64,000 bases of DNA from an uncultured Chloroflexia bacterium (GTDB lineage: Bacteria > Chloroflexota > Anaerolineae > JAAYZQ01), in assembly GCA_963700285.1 (NCBI GenBank), contig CAVOXA010000005.1, positions 128,001 to 192,000 of the forward strand. The letters are read 5' to 3'. The notes beneath the pieces are model-generated. The model saw only the letters and a list, made by a program, of their open reading frames with translations, had not been told where the DNA came from and did not search any database. Below are positions 9,241 through 19,300 of this stretch, one piece after another. The first letter of the stretch is position 1, and every line of letters starts with the position of its first letter. Position numbers and translations under genes: made by a program.

Positions 9241-10677
9241 TCAGTCCCCTACCAGCTCCCGGCGCGCCCGGGCTCGGACCTCATTCAGGTGCCGGCTGGC
9301 GTCGTCTGAGAGGGGCTCGACCTCGTGGCTGCTCAGAATCTCCTTGGCCCGGATCTGCGCACGCTTGACGACGCCGATTGCTTGCTCTGCGTCCCCTTCT
9401 CCGCGTGTGCTGACGCCGGGCATCCACAGCGCTCCCCGGCGCATCTGTCTGACCGTGTGCATTTCGCCGAGAAAGACGCCATCGCCGGGAATGACGTCGG
9501 CCATCACATCGTAGGCCAGGGTGGTATCGTCGACGGGGCAACCGGCGACAATGTGTTTGATCATGCTGATGATCTCATCGTCGATGACCGAGATCTCAAA
9601 GCCGGCCACGAGCCCGCCGCCATTGCCCGCGCCCGAAAGCATGTCCACGCCGGCCAGAGCTGGAACCAGGGCGTTGGCCAGCCGCTCGTAGGCATGCTGC
9701 GGGTCCAGCAGCAGCGACTGGGAGGCCAGGCCATAGGCGTCACAGGGGAAGCCAATGCGGTGGGCAAGCTGGCCTGCGCAAGCCGCGGTCATGCCGACTT
9801 CGGGACTGCCCCAGGCGGTGAGGGCTGAGCGCAGATCGATGGGGCTGATGCGCGAGCAATAGCCGACCAGGGCACCGGGCCTGGTCGCGGCGGCGATGAC
9901 AAAGCTGGCCAGGATCTCGGCGTGTTGTTGCGCCAGGCAGCCGGCCATGGTCACCGGGCCCGTGGCGCCCAGCGTGGGCGCCGGGAGGGAGTGGAAAGGG
10001 GTGCCGGACTGGACGATGGCGATGATGGCGCCTGTCACGTCGGGGCCAAATGTGAGGGGACTGACCGGCGAGACACTGATGGTCATGTTGGGATGTTGTT
10101 GGAAGGCCTCCATCCCACCGCAGCAGGCCGCGGCCATCTCGACGACGTAGGGCACGTCCTCGGGCTTGTCGATGGCGGCCGATGACAGCGGTTTGGTCGT
10201 ACTGCGCAGCATCGCGGCCGTTGATTCCACCATCATGAGCTGGGGTGACACATCCTGCGGGCTGAAGAGCGGCGTGATATGATCGATGTTGGGCAGCGCA
10301 TCCAGCAGGCGGGTGACATCGGCCACGTCCTGTACGGTGGCGGGACGTGACCGGCCGGTGTCTAGGTCCAGGGCGCGGGGCTGGCCCCCGCCGTTGTGAA
10401 AGCGCACCTGGCCATCGCCCAGCGTAAAAGCCAGCGACCCATCCCGTTTCAGGCCCTCTCTATCGGGAGTGACATTGTCCAGCGCCCAGGCCACAACGTC
10501 GCGGGGGATGTAGGCCCTGCTACCGTCGATGCGGCAGCCCTGGCCGCGGAGCATGTCTCGCGCCTGCTCGTGCTGCAGCGCCAGGCCTACCTCTTCCAGT
10601 AGGCGGTAGGCAGTCTCTTCGATCTGGTCCAGCCCGTCATCGCTCAGGAACTGCAAATGCAAGCGGTTTTGTAGCAT
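9241..10677 (-). CDS. Trimethylamine methyltransferase (MttB) family protein, non-pyrrolysine
   Basis: SPVSPL, GATGPVTMAGCLAQQHAEILA, WGSPE, DPQHAYE, IDDE and FLGEMHT motifs; no in-frame TAG. Confidence 0.9.
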   Translation of the reverse strand: MLQNRLHLQFLSDDGLDQIEETAYRLLEEVGLALQHEQARDMLRGQGCRIDGSRAYIPRDVVAWALDNVTPDREGLKRDGSLAFTLGDGQVRFHNGGGQPRALDLDTGRSRPATVQDVADVTRLLDALPNIDHITPLFSPQDVSPQLMMVESTAAMLRSTTKPLSSAAIDKPEDVPYVVEMAAACCGGMEAFQQHPNMTISVSPVSPLTFGPDVTGAIIAIVQSGTPFHSLPAPTLGATGPVTMAGCLAQQHAEILASFVIAAATRPGALVGYCSRISPIDLRSALTAWGSPEVGMTAACAGQLAHRIGFPCDAYGLASQSLLLDPQHAYERLANALVPALAGVDMLSGAGNGGGLVAGFEISVIDDEIISMIKHIVAGCPVDDTTLAYDVMADVIPGDGVFLGEMHTVRQMRRGALWMPGVSTRGEGDAEQAIGVVKRAQIRAKEILSSHEVEPLSDDASRHLNEVRARARRELVGD

Positions 10678-10694
10678 CGGTTATCGATCCTTCC

Positions 10695-12164
10695 TCACCT
10701 AGGTGGAGACAAGTTTGTCAATTCGCGGCGCGCTCGGACCAAGATCTCGTCCAGATGCCGCAGGATGTCGTCGGGTAGGGGTGGGGCTTTGTGGCTGTGG
10801 ATCAACTCCCTGGCTTTGGCCCTCGCTCTGGCCAAGACGCTGCTGTCGGGGCTGCCACCAGCGGGGCTAGATTCCGTCTCACCGCGGGTACTGATGCCCG
10901 GCATCCATAGCGCACCCCCGCGCATTTGTTTGACTGTGTGCTTCTCTCCCAAAAAGACGCCGTCTCTGGGGATGACGCCGGCCATGGCGTCGTAGGCCAG
11001 CGTGGCCTCGTTCACCTCGCAGCCACCGGCAATATGCTTGACGAGGCCCGCCATCTCGTCGTCCAGCACGGCGATCTCTGGCCCGGCGACCATCACGTCA
11101 CTGGTGCTGCCCAGGCCCGAAAGGATGTCGACGCCGGCCAGGGCGGGCACCAGGGCGTTTGACAAGCTCTCGTAGCCGAACTGGGGATCGAGGAGGCCAG
11201 AGCTGGAGGTCAGCCCGTAGGTGTCGGAGGTTAGCCCCAGACGCTGGGCAAGCTGGCCGGCGCAGGCGCTGGTCAAGCCGATGTCGGGTCCGCCCCAAAT
11301 GGAAACCGCGGTGCGCGGATCGATGGCGCTGATGCGCGAGCAGTACATGACCTGGATGCCAGGCCTAACTGCGGCGGCGATGGTGTAGGTGGCCAGGGTT
11401 TCGGCGTGCTGCAGGGCCACGGTTCCGGCCATTGTCACAGGGCCGGTGGCACCCAGGGTCGGTGCGGGCAGCGGCAGCAAGGGCGCACCCGAACTGGCGA
11501 TGGCGATGATGGTGGCTGTGCCAGCCTCTGTGAAGGTCAAGGGGCTAACGGGAGAGCAGGTGAGGTACATGGTGGGATGCTCAAGGAAAGCATCCATGCC
11601 GCCGCAGCAGGCAGCGCCCATCTCGACGACGTAGGACACATCCTCTGGCCTGTCCAGAGGAGCCGCCCAGACAGGCTTGCGGGTATTGCGCAGCATCACG
11701 TCGGTCGAGGCCACGGTGAGCAGTTCGGGCGCGACGTCCTGGGCTCCGTACAGAGGAATGATCACATCGACGTTGGGCAGGGCATCCAGCAGGCGGGTGG
11801 CCTCCTCGACGTCGGTGAGCGTTGGTCGGCGGCGCTGGCCCGAGTCCAGGTCCCGGATGAAGGGCAGGCCACCGCCGCTGTGAAAACGGACTTGACCGTC
11901 GCCCAGCCTAAATGCCTCCACGCCATCCCGCTCATAGAAGACCCTCTGGGCAGTGACCTGGCTCAGAGCCCGCTGGACGCAATCGCGGGGGATGAATACG
12001 CGGCCGTTCTCGACGCGACAGCCCAGGCCATGGAGCATTTCTGTGGCCCCTGCATGTTGCAGGGAGATGCCAATCTCGTCCAGGAGCCGGTATGCCGTAC
12101 CTTCGATGCGATCCAGGCTGTCTTCCGACAGAACGCGTAGAGCAAGCCTGTTTCTGGGCGCCAT
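10695..12164 (-). CDS. Trimethylamine methyltransferase (MttB) family protein, non-pyrrolysine, paralog 2
   Basis: Same motifs as the neighbour, with which it is collinear. Probable start MAPRNRL at 12164; the ORF-track extension to 12467 crosses the promoter. Confidence 0.9.
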   Translation of the reverse strand: MAPRNRLALRVLSEDSLDRIEGTAYRLLDEIGISLQHAGATEMLHGLGCRVENGRVFIPRDCVQRALSQVTAQRVFYERDGVEAFRLGDGQVRFHSGGGLPFIRDLDSGQRRRPTLTDVEEATRLLDALPNVDVIIPLYGAQDVAPELLTVASTDVMLRNTRKPVWAAPLDRPEDVSYVVEMGAACCGGMDAFLEHPTMYLTCSPVSPLTFTEAGTATIIAIASSGAPLLPLPAPTLGATGPVTMAGTVALQHAETLATYTIAAAVRPGIQVMYCSRISAIDPRTAVSIWGGPDIGLTSACAGQLAQRLGLTSDTYGLTSSSGLLDPQFGYESLSNALVPALAGVDILSGLGSTSDVMVAGPEIAVLDDEMAGLVKHIAGGCEVNEATLAYDAMAGVIPRDGVFLGEKHTVKQMRGGALWMPGISTRGETESSPAGGSPDSSVLARARAKARELIHSHKAPPLPDDILRHLDEILVRARRELTNLSPPR

Positions 12165-12263
12165 TGGGATCTCTTTTGCCCTTCTCGGAAGCACTTGATG
12201 GTGTTCGTGCCTGGCTCGGGATGAAGACAGCAGATCCCGTGTCGTGCTTCCGCATACTGGCCC

Positions 12264-12292
12264 ATTATAAACCAATCTCAAGATGACGTCAA
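12264..12292 (-). promoter_or_regulatory. Sigma70-like promoter of the mttB-like/ABC cluster
   Basis: Minus strand TTGACG-17 nt-TATAAT. Confidence 0.7.
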
Positions 12293-12487
12293 ACCAACCC
12301 ATGCGCCGACCAGCAAGCACCAAGGAGGGGCGTAGCCCCAGATTCGGAGGGGCTTGCCGTGCTGGGGGTTCTGACTGGAACTTGACGCTGCCTGAAATCA
12401 GGATTTGCCCCAGATGCGGACCTGTGCTACAGTGTCGGACGGCGCTGCGGGCATGTTCAACACCCACTCGCAGCTTTGGAGGTCTGT

Positions 12488-13015
12488 ATGAGGAGAAAAG
12501 ACAGAGAAATCCAAGATCGGGAACTCGTTTCCCAGATCATCAAGAACTGCCAGGTGTGTAGATTGGGACTGGCAAAAGACAATGTACCCTACGTTATCCC
12601 GGTTTCGTTTGGATATGATGGCCAGGCGATCTATTTCCACACCGCGCGGGAAGGCAAAAAGATCGACTATATCACGGCCAACAACGCTGTATGTTTCGAG
12701 CTCGAGCATGGTGTCCAGCTTGTCTCGGATGATGCCAGCGCCTGCAACTGGTCATTCCACTACCAGAGCGTGATCGGCCAGGGCCGGATCCACGAGCTTG
12801 TGGCCGTGCGGGAAAAGACAGAGGGCCTGAATCAGATCATGGCCCAGTACTCGGATCGGAAGTGGGAGTTCGGTCCAGACAGGCTGGACGCCATCCGTGT
12901 TTGGAGGATAGAGATCGAGACCATGACCGGCAAGCAATCCAAGGCCAAAACTGCGCTCCGCACAGATCACCCCGCCCGTACTCGCGGCCCCTCTGCCGTG
13001 TCCTCGACTTCATAG
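12488..13015 (+). CDS. Pyridoxamine 5'-phosphate oxidase-like flavin-binding protein (NimA/NimC-like)
   Basis: MRRKDREI start after GGAGG; [36 protein letters not shown] and MTGK motifs. Confidence 0.85.
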   Translation: MRRKDREIQDRELVSQIIKNCQVCRLGLAKDNVPYVIPVSFGYDGQAIYFHTAREGKKIDYITANNAVCFELEHGVQLVSDDASACNWSFHYQSVIGQGRIHELVAVREKTEGLNQIMAQYSDRKWEFGPDRLDAIRVWRIEIETMTGKQSKAKTALRTDHPARTRGPSAVSSTS

Positions 13016-14340
13016 CCGGCTTCACGGACCTGCTTGCGCAGCGTATCCGCCCTGGCCCAATCTCTCTCAGCGCGCGCCTGTTGTCGTTTGGCCACCAGGG
13101 ACATGACCTGATCTGGAACGACTTCCTCAGGCGGCCGCCAACCAGCCAGGTCCAGGCCAAGGACACGGTCAAATTCCAGCAGCGTGGCCTTTTTTGCCGC
13201 ATCGGGCAGATCGCTTTTGACCAACTCCCAGGTTACGGCCAGGGCGCGGGGCATATTCAGGTCGTCGTTGATCTCGGCCACAAAGCGGTCCTGGTAGTCC
13301 TCGTCGATGGACCCGGGTGTACCCCAGTCGTAGGAGTTGGCACGCAGGCGTTCAAGGGCCGTGGTTGCGGCGTTCAGGCTCGTCCAGGTAAAGGCCAGTT
13401 TGGACCGGTAGTGGGCGTTCAGGCAGTATAAGCGGTAGGCCAGGGGGTCATAGCCTCGCTCCATCAGTGCCTGGAGACGCAGGAAGTCGCCGCTCGATTT
13501 GGCCATCCTGGCGGTGTCCACCATCAAAAAGTAGCCGTGCATCCAAAAGTTGGCCAGTTTGGTGCCGTAGCAGGCCTGGGTCTGCGCGATCTCGTTGGTA
13601 TGGTGCACCGGGATATGGTCCTCGCCCCCGCAGTGGATGTCAAAGAACGAGCCCAGGTACTTGGCCGACATCGCTGAGCATTCGATGTGCCAGCCCGGAA
13701 AGCCAACTCCCCAGGGACTGTCCCACTCCATCTGCCGCTTGCTGCCGGGTGGGCTGTACTTCCAAAGGGCGAAATCGGTTGGCCTCCGTTTCTCTCCAAC
13801 CCCCACCCTGGCGCCAGCCTGCAGGCCTTCCACCTTGAGCCGGGCCAAATGACCATAATCGTCCAGCCGCGACGTATCGAAATAGATCCCGTCCGATGTG
13901 GGGTAGGCAAAGCCCTGGGCCTCGATGCACTGGATGAGGGCAATCTGCTCCTGGATGTGGTCGGTAGCCCGGCTCCAAATGGTCGGTTCCAGGATGTTCA
14001 GTCGCCGCAGGTCCTCCTGGAATGCCTGCGTGTAAAGCTCGGCGATCTCCCAGGCCGACCGGCCGGTACGCTCGGAGCCGATCTCCATCCGGTCCTGGCC
14101 CTCGTCGGCGTCGGAGGTCAGGTGACCCACGTCAGTGATGTTGACCACGTGCTTGACATTGTAGCCGTTGTAGGCCAGCACGCGCCGCAGGATGTCCTCA
14201 AAGATGTAGGTGCGCAGGTTGCCAATGTGAGCATAGTCATAGACGGTGGGCCCGCAGCAGTACAGGCCCACGGTGGGCGGGTGTAGGGGTTGGAACTCGC
14301 GCAAGCTGCGCGAATCGGTGTCATACAATCGCAGGATCAT
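12967..14340 (-). CDS. cysS: Cysteine--tRNA ligase
   Basis: [48 protein letters not shown] and RMAKS (KMSKS-like) motifs. Confidence 0.97.
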   Translation of the reverse strand: MILRLYDTDSRSLREFQPLHPPTVGLYCCGPTVYDYAHIGNLRTYIFEDILRRVLAYNGYNVKHVVNITDVGHLTSDADEGQDRMEIGSERTGRSAWEIAELYTQAFQEDLRRLNILEPTIWSRATDHIQEQIALIQCIEAQGFAYPTSDGIYFDTSRLDDYGHLARLKVEGLQAGARVGVGEKRRPTDFALWKYSPPGSKRQMEWDSPWGVGFPGWHIECSAMSAKYLGSFFDIHCGGEDHIPVHHTNEIAQTQACYGTKLANFWMHGYFLMVDTARMAKSSGDFLRLQALMERGYDPLAYRLYCLNAHYRSKLAFTWTSLNAATTALERLRANSYDWGTPGSIDEDYQDRFVAEINDDLNMPRALAVTWELVKSDLPDAAKKATLLEFDRVLGLDLAGWRPPEEVVPDQVMSLVAKRQQARAERDWARADTLRKQVREAGYEVEDTAEGPRVRAG

Positions 14341-14387
14341 GATCGGTACCTCGTGTGTTGAGCACCATGGACTGAAAACTCGGGGAC

Positions 14388-14415
14388 ATTATACCCAAAT
14401 GCCAGAAGGAGGCAA
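14388..14415 (-). promoter_or_regulatory. Sigma70-like promoter for cysS
   Basis: Minus strand TTGCCT-16 nt-TATAAT. Confidence 0.5.
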
Positions 14416-14481
14416 CCACCAACGCAGCCGGAACCGTTCAGGCCTGGGCTTACGTCCTTCTCGAAAGGGTGGCTGCCGGTT

Positions 14482-14510
14482 TTGCCTTGTGCCTGGAAAA
14501 GTGCTATAAT
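14482..14510 (+). promoter_or_regulatory. Sigma70-like promoter for the secreted repeat-protein cluster
   Basis: TTGCCT-17 nt-TATAAT with extended -10 TG. Confidence 0.65.
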
Positions 14511-14772
14511 GCCTGCGTCTATGACAGACGGGAACCTTGGGGCTTGGACCCGTTATTGCGCGTCGGCCATCTGCTTCTGCATTTTCGGCGACTCCTCGTA
14601 CCGCAACCTCTGGCCCGGCCGCTGCACGCGGCAACTCAAGTTCCCGGTGAACCGCTATCAGGGACCCTCTGTCTGGACGAGTCTCGCCCGCTACTGGGGA
14701 CAGTGCCTTTCTGGCCGCGTTTCGCGGTCAGGGTGGCTGGAAAGCGCAAGATTGGTCGAAAGGATGATGCTG

Positions 14773-16281
14773 ATGAATGGTCTGAACCGTGTGCGCAGTC
14801 TGGCAGCAGTCTCTTTGCTGCTGATGGTCCTGCTGGTGCCCGTTTCCTGGGCATCCGGTGACGCCCAGCTCCTCCAACAGGGCGATGATGGCAGCCCTAC
14901 GCCTGGGTCGGCCCCCGATGCACTGGTGAGCGTGTCCGGTACTGTGGATGTGAAGGTCAACCAGAGCTCGGATGATGCGGAGGAGCTGATAGCCACGGGC
15001 AAGGTCTATACCAAGGGCGACGACCTGGAGCTGGGGACGGACCAGGACAAAGAAGGCAACCCGCTGCCCATGTATGTTGGCATCCGCTTCGCGGACCTGG
15101 GCATTCCCCAGGGCGCGACCATCACCTCGGCATTCATCGAGTTCACGGCCAGCGAGGTGCAGGAAGGCGCGACCAGTGTCACCATCCTGGGCGAATACAG
15201 CGACGACGCCAAGACCTTCAAGGGTGACGACTTTGAGATCAGCACCCGTCCCCTGGCGCCCGCCACGGTGAGCTGGAACGGGATACCGCCCTGGTCCGTG
15301 CTAAATGGCAAGCACCAGACCCCGGACCTGAAGGCCATTGTTCAGGCGATCGTCAACCGCCCGGGCTGGAATCCCAGCCACGCCATGGCTTTTATGTTCA
15401 CCGGTTCCGGCCGGCGCACGGCCTGGTCGTATGATGGCGCACCCACGATGGCCCCCAGGCTTGTCGTCAACTATGAGGGCCAGGTTGCCTGTACCACTCT
15501 GACCTCTCTAACCAACCCCTTCGGTGCGGGTCAGATAACAACCGACCCGGCGCCGAACTGCGGGGCCAATCAGTTCTACCAGGGGACCACGGTGCAGCTT
15601 ACGGCTGTTCCCACGGCCCTGAATTATTCCTTCGCCAGTTGGACCGGTGGGGCCACGGGCTCGGCCAACCCCACGACCATCGTCATGGCTATCGACCAGA
15701 CGGTGACGGCAGACTTTGTGCAAGGGACCTGTCACACTCTGACGAGGAATGTCGTCATCCTCCCCGATCCGGATCCGACGGCCGGCGAGATCCGGCCTGA
15801 CCCGCTGCCCAACTGTGGGGATGGAACAAAGGCGGGCAAGTACAAGAACGGAACCGTGGTCATGTTGAATGCTCTCGCGAAGGGCGGCTGGGAGTTCACC
15901 GAGTGGAGTGGGGCGCTCACCGGTAGCGATAGACCCCAGCCGCTTACCATGGACGCCGACAAGACCGTGACTGCTACCTTTGTGGCGGGGTGCCGGCGGC
16001 TCAAGATGACTATCGACCCCCCGGGCGGAGGCACGGTGACCTATACGCCGCCGCCCAACTGCGGTCCTGACACGTGGCAGTCGACGATCAAGAGCGTCAA
16101 GATCCTTGGCGTGCCGGCGCCGGGCCACTTTTTCGTCAAGTGGAAAGGCGACGTGGATGGCGGCGAGACTCTTGCCAATCCGACGACTGTAATCATGAAT
16201 GGCAACAAATCCGTCAATGCTACCTTCAGATTCAGCGCTTACGTGGCCTTGCTGCCGTCCATCCGCAAGCAGGCCAGATGA
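14773..16281 (+). CDS. Secreted protein with one 'SSDDAEE' beta-sandwich domain and three InlB-B-like (FxxWxG) repeats
   Basis: Signal peptide ending SWA; three repeats; C-terminal ALLPSIRK. Start could be 14764, 14767 or 14773. Confidence 0.8.
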   Translation: MNGLNRVRSLAAVSLLLMVLLVPVSWASGDAQLLQQGDDGSPTPGSAPDALVSVSGTVDVKVNQSSDDAEELIATGKVYTKGDDLELGTDQDKEGNPLPMYVGIRFADLGIPQGATITSAFIEFTASEVQEGATSVTILGEYSDDAKTFKGDDFEISTRPLAPATVSWNGIPPWSVLNGKHQTPDLKAIVQAIVNRPGWNPSHAMAFMFTGSGRRTAWSYDGAPTMAPRLVVNYEGQVACTTLTSLTNPFGAGQITTDPAPNCGANQFYQGTTVQLTAVPTALNYSFASWTGGATGSANPTTIVMAIDQTVTADFVQGTCHTLTRNVVILPDPDPTAGEIRPDPLPNCGDGTKAGKYKNGTVVMLNALAKGGWEFTEWSGALTGSDRPQPLTMDADKTVTATFVAGCRRLKMTIDPPGGGTVTYTPPPNCGPDTWQSTIKSVKILGVPAPGHFFVKWKGDVDGGETLANPTTVIMNGNKSVNATFRFSAYVALLPSIRKQAR

Positions 16282-16348
16282 CAGTGCAGCCCCAGGCACG
16301 CACAGGATTGCGCCCCCTAGGGGGAGCTCTTATGGAGGATGGTGACTG

Positions 16349-19300
16349 ATGGCGCGGGTTAGGCGGATGGGCCGATTGGTCTTGCTCTTTGGGTTGTTGT
16401 TGGCGCTGGTGATCCCTGCATCGGCAGGCCCTGCCTTGGCAGGCAGGCAACCGGCGGCCCCGGCCGGAGGGCACTTTGTGCCCCCGGGCGACGATGGAAC
16501 GCACGGCGCGCCTGCCGACACGCAGGAGGGAGAGGGTACGCCTGCAGCCGGTCCGGACGTACAACCTCCCCTGATCACGATGTGGTACGGTTCCCCGCAG
16601 AGCTTTGGCGCGCTGGGCAACCCACAGCCAGAGATCAACGTCGTGGGCAACGTGGCCAGGGCCAATACGCTGAGTTATCGGCTCAACGGTGGCTCGTGGA
16701 AACAAATAGCCATCGGCGGGGTCACTGCTTCAGTTCTTTCGCATCTACCGGAAGGCGCCCCGGATCCTCTGGGCGGCCTGAACCTGGGCGTCGTGCCCCG
16801 GGGTGCTCCTGACTTGGCAAATCCGGGCAGTCCGGAGCTGTCGGCCAGCGCGCGACTGGAATACGAAGGGGATTTTAACGTCGAGATCCTGACCTCTGCC
16901 CTCCAACCCGGCTCCAACACGCTGGAACTCGAGGCCGTGGGCGACGGCGGCAAGGACAACGAGACGGTCATCCTCAATTATGCCAAGGGCACTACCTGGC
17001 CCATGCCCTACAACATCGACTGGAGCAGCGTCACCAAGCTCACCGACGCGGTGCAGGTTGTGGACGGCGAGTGGCAGCTAGAGGCTGACAGCATCCGGCC
17101 CAAGGTTACCGGCTACGATCGCATGCTTGTTCTGGGCGATCTGGGTTGGAAAGACTATGAGGTCACCGTCCCGATAACAATCCACAGTTTCCCCCATCCA
17201 GACAGTGGCGGAGTGGGGATCGCGAGCCGCTGGCGGGGTCACTTCCAAGTTGCTGATGAGCAGCCGGGTCACGGCTGGTGGAACATCGGGGCCTATGCCT
17301 TTGTCTTCAACCGCGATAGCTCCAATGGCGGCCGGCGCCTGGCAATGTTCACGGGCCACTTTGAACGCGTCGACGACAGCAGCGGGTACACAATCACCGA
17401 GGGCACGACCTATATGTTCAAGCTGCGGGTGCAGACCAAAGAGGCGGGCAAGAGCGGGTTCTACAGTTTCAAGGCCTGGGAGCCCGCAACCGAGTCTGAG
17501 CCCAGCGCCTGGCTCTTTGAGGAACAGGATGTCCCGCCGGACGAGACGTTTAGCGGGAGCGTGGGCTTGCTGGCCCATGACGCCATCGCCAGCTTTGGCG
17601 ACGTCGAGGTCGTGCCCGTGGTCAAGGTCAAGACAACCGTCGTGGGTCAGGGCGTGGTGAATGTCACCCCGGCGCTGACCGGCCAGTCGGACGTCCACCT
17701 GTTTGGAGACAGCGTCCAGCTAGAGGCTGTGCCCAGCCTAGACTGGGCCTTTGCCGGGTGGAGCGGCGATCTGGATGGCAATGTAAACCCCAAGTCGGTG
17801 CTGCTGACCGGCGACCTGGACGTCACCGCTACTTTCGTTCCGGCAACGGCCACGCGGCTGAACGTCAGCGTGGCCGGCGCTGGAACGATAGGCCTGGATC
17901 CCCCGGGACCCTGGTATGGCGAAGGGCAGGTGGTCAAGCTGACGCCGTCTGCCGCTGTCGGCTGGGAGTTCAGCGGCTGGAGCGGGCCCAACAGTGGCGA
18001 GGTGAGCAATAACGGTGATGGTACCTGGTCGCTGACGATGGACGCCGACAAGACGCTGACAGGTACTTTTGTTAAGAAGCAGTATGCCCTCACCACCAAC
18101 ATCTCGGGATCGGGCTCGGTGGCCAAGAACCCTGACAAAACGAATTACGAGCATGGCACGGTGGTTCAGCTGACACCCAATCCGGCGTCGGGCTGGTCAT
18201 TCACCGGCTGGAGCGGGGATCTGAGCGGTAACGCCAGCCCGGCAAACCTCCTGATGGATGGCCCCAAGACTGTCAAGGCCCACTTTCGCGATAACAATGT
18301 GGGACCGCTGGAGTACAAGAATCATACCATCGACGACGACTTGACTGGGGGCACCAGCGGCAATAACGACGGTGTGGCCAACTGTGGCGAGACGGTCGAC
18401 CTGGCGGTAGGCGTGATCAACCAGGGCACGGTGACCGCAACCGGCATCAATGCTGCCCTTAGCACCGACAGCCTCTACGTCACCTGGACAGGCAGCTCAA
18501 TCAGCCTTTATCCCGACATCGCTGCATCTGCCACTCAGAACAACACGACGCCCTTTGGCTTCAAGGTAGCCAACAATGCTCCCAACGGCCACACCATCAC
18601 CTTTGACCTGGGCCTGTCCTCCACCAATGGCGGGCTGCAGAACGACACCTTCGACGTTGTTGTTTCCTGCGCCGGCAGCGAGGGAACTGTCGAGCGGCAG
18701 GTGGGTACAGGCGACGATGATGTCGAACAGAGGCTTGAAGGCGCACAGCACGCGGGCCAGGTCTTTCTGAATGGGCGCGACCTGGAGCTCGTGGTCGACG
18801 AGGGTTCACACCAGATCGTGGGCATCCGCTTCCGGAACGTGACCATCCCCAAGGGTGCGGCCATCGCCGAGGCTTACCTCAAGTTCACCGCAAAGGCGGA
18901 GGACAGTGGGCAAAGCGCACTGATCTTTAATACGCAGGCTGCCGACAATGCGCCCGGTTTTACCGACACTGCCTGGTCCATCTCATCCTTGCCCAAGAGC
19001 ACGACATCTGTGGCCTGGAACAATGTGCCGCCCTGGCCGGCGACTAACGTCGTGCACCAGACGCCCAACCTGGCGCCCATTGTGCAAGAGATCGTCAACC
19101 GCAGCGGCTGGACATCGGGCAATGCCCTGGCCTTCCTGATCACCGGGGAAGGGACTCGGAACGCCTACTCGCACGATGGAAGTTCCAGCAAGGCGCCGCA
19201 GCTGTACATTGCGTATGGACGCGATCCGGTATGTTACAGCCTCAACACAAGCGCCCTGCCGCCTGGCGGTGGGACCGTCGCGGCTTTGCCAGCGCCCAAC

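Noticed and set aside
9241-12164. Pyrrolysine recoding in the MttB-family genes
   Set aside because: Both are full length with no in-frame TAG.
12165-12467. N-terminal extensions in the ORF track (also 14482, 25072, 28193, 41468 and 46039)
   Set aside because: They overlap predicted promoters or neighbouring genes; downstream starts have an RBS or match family N-termini.
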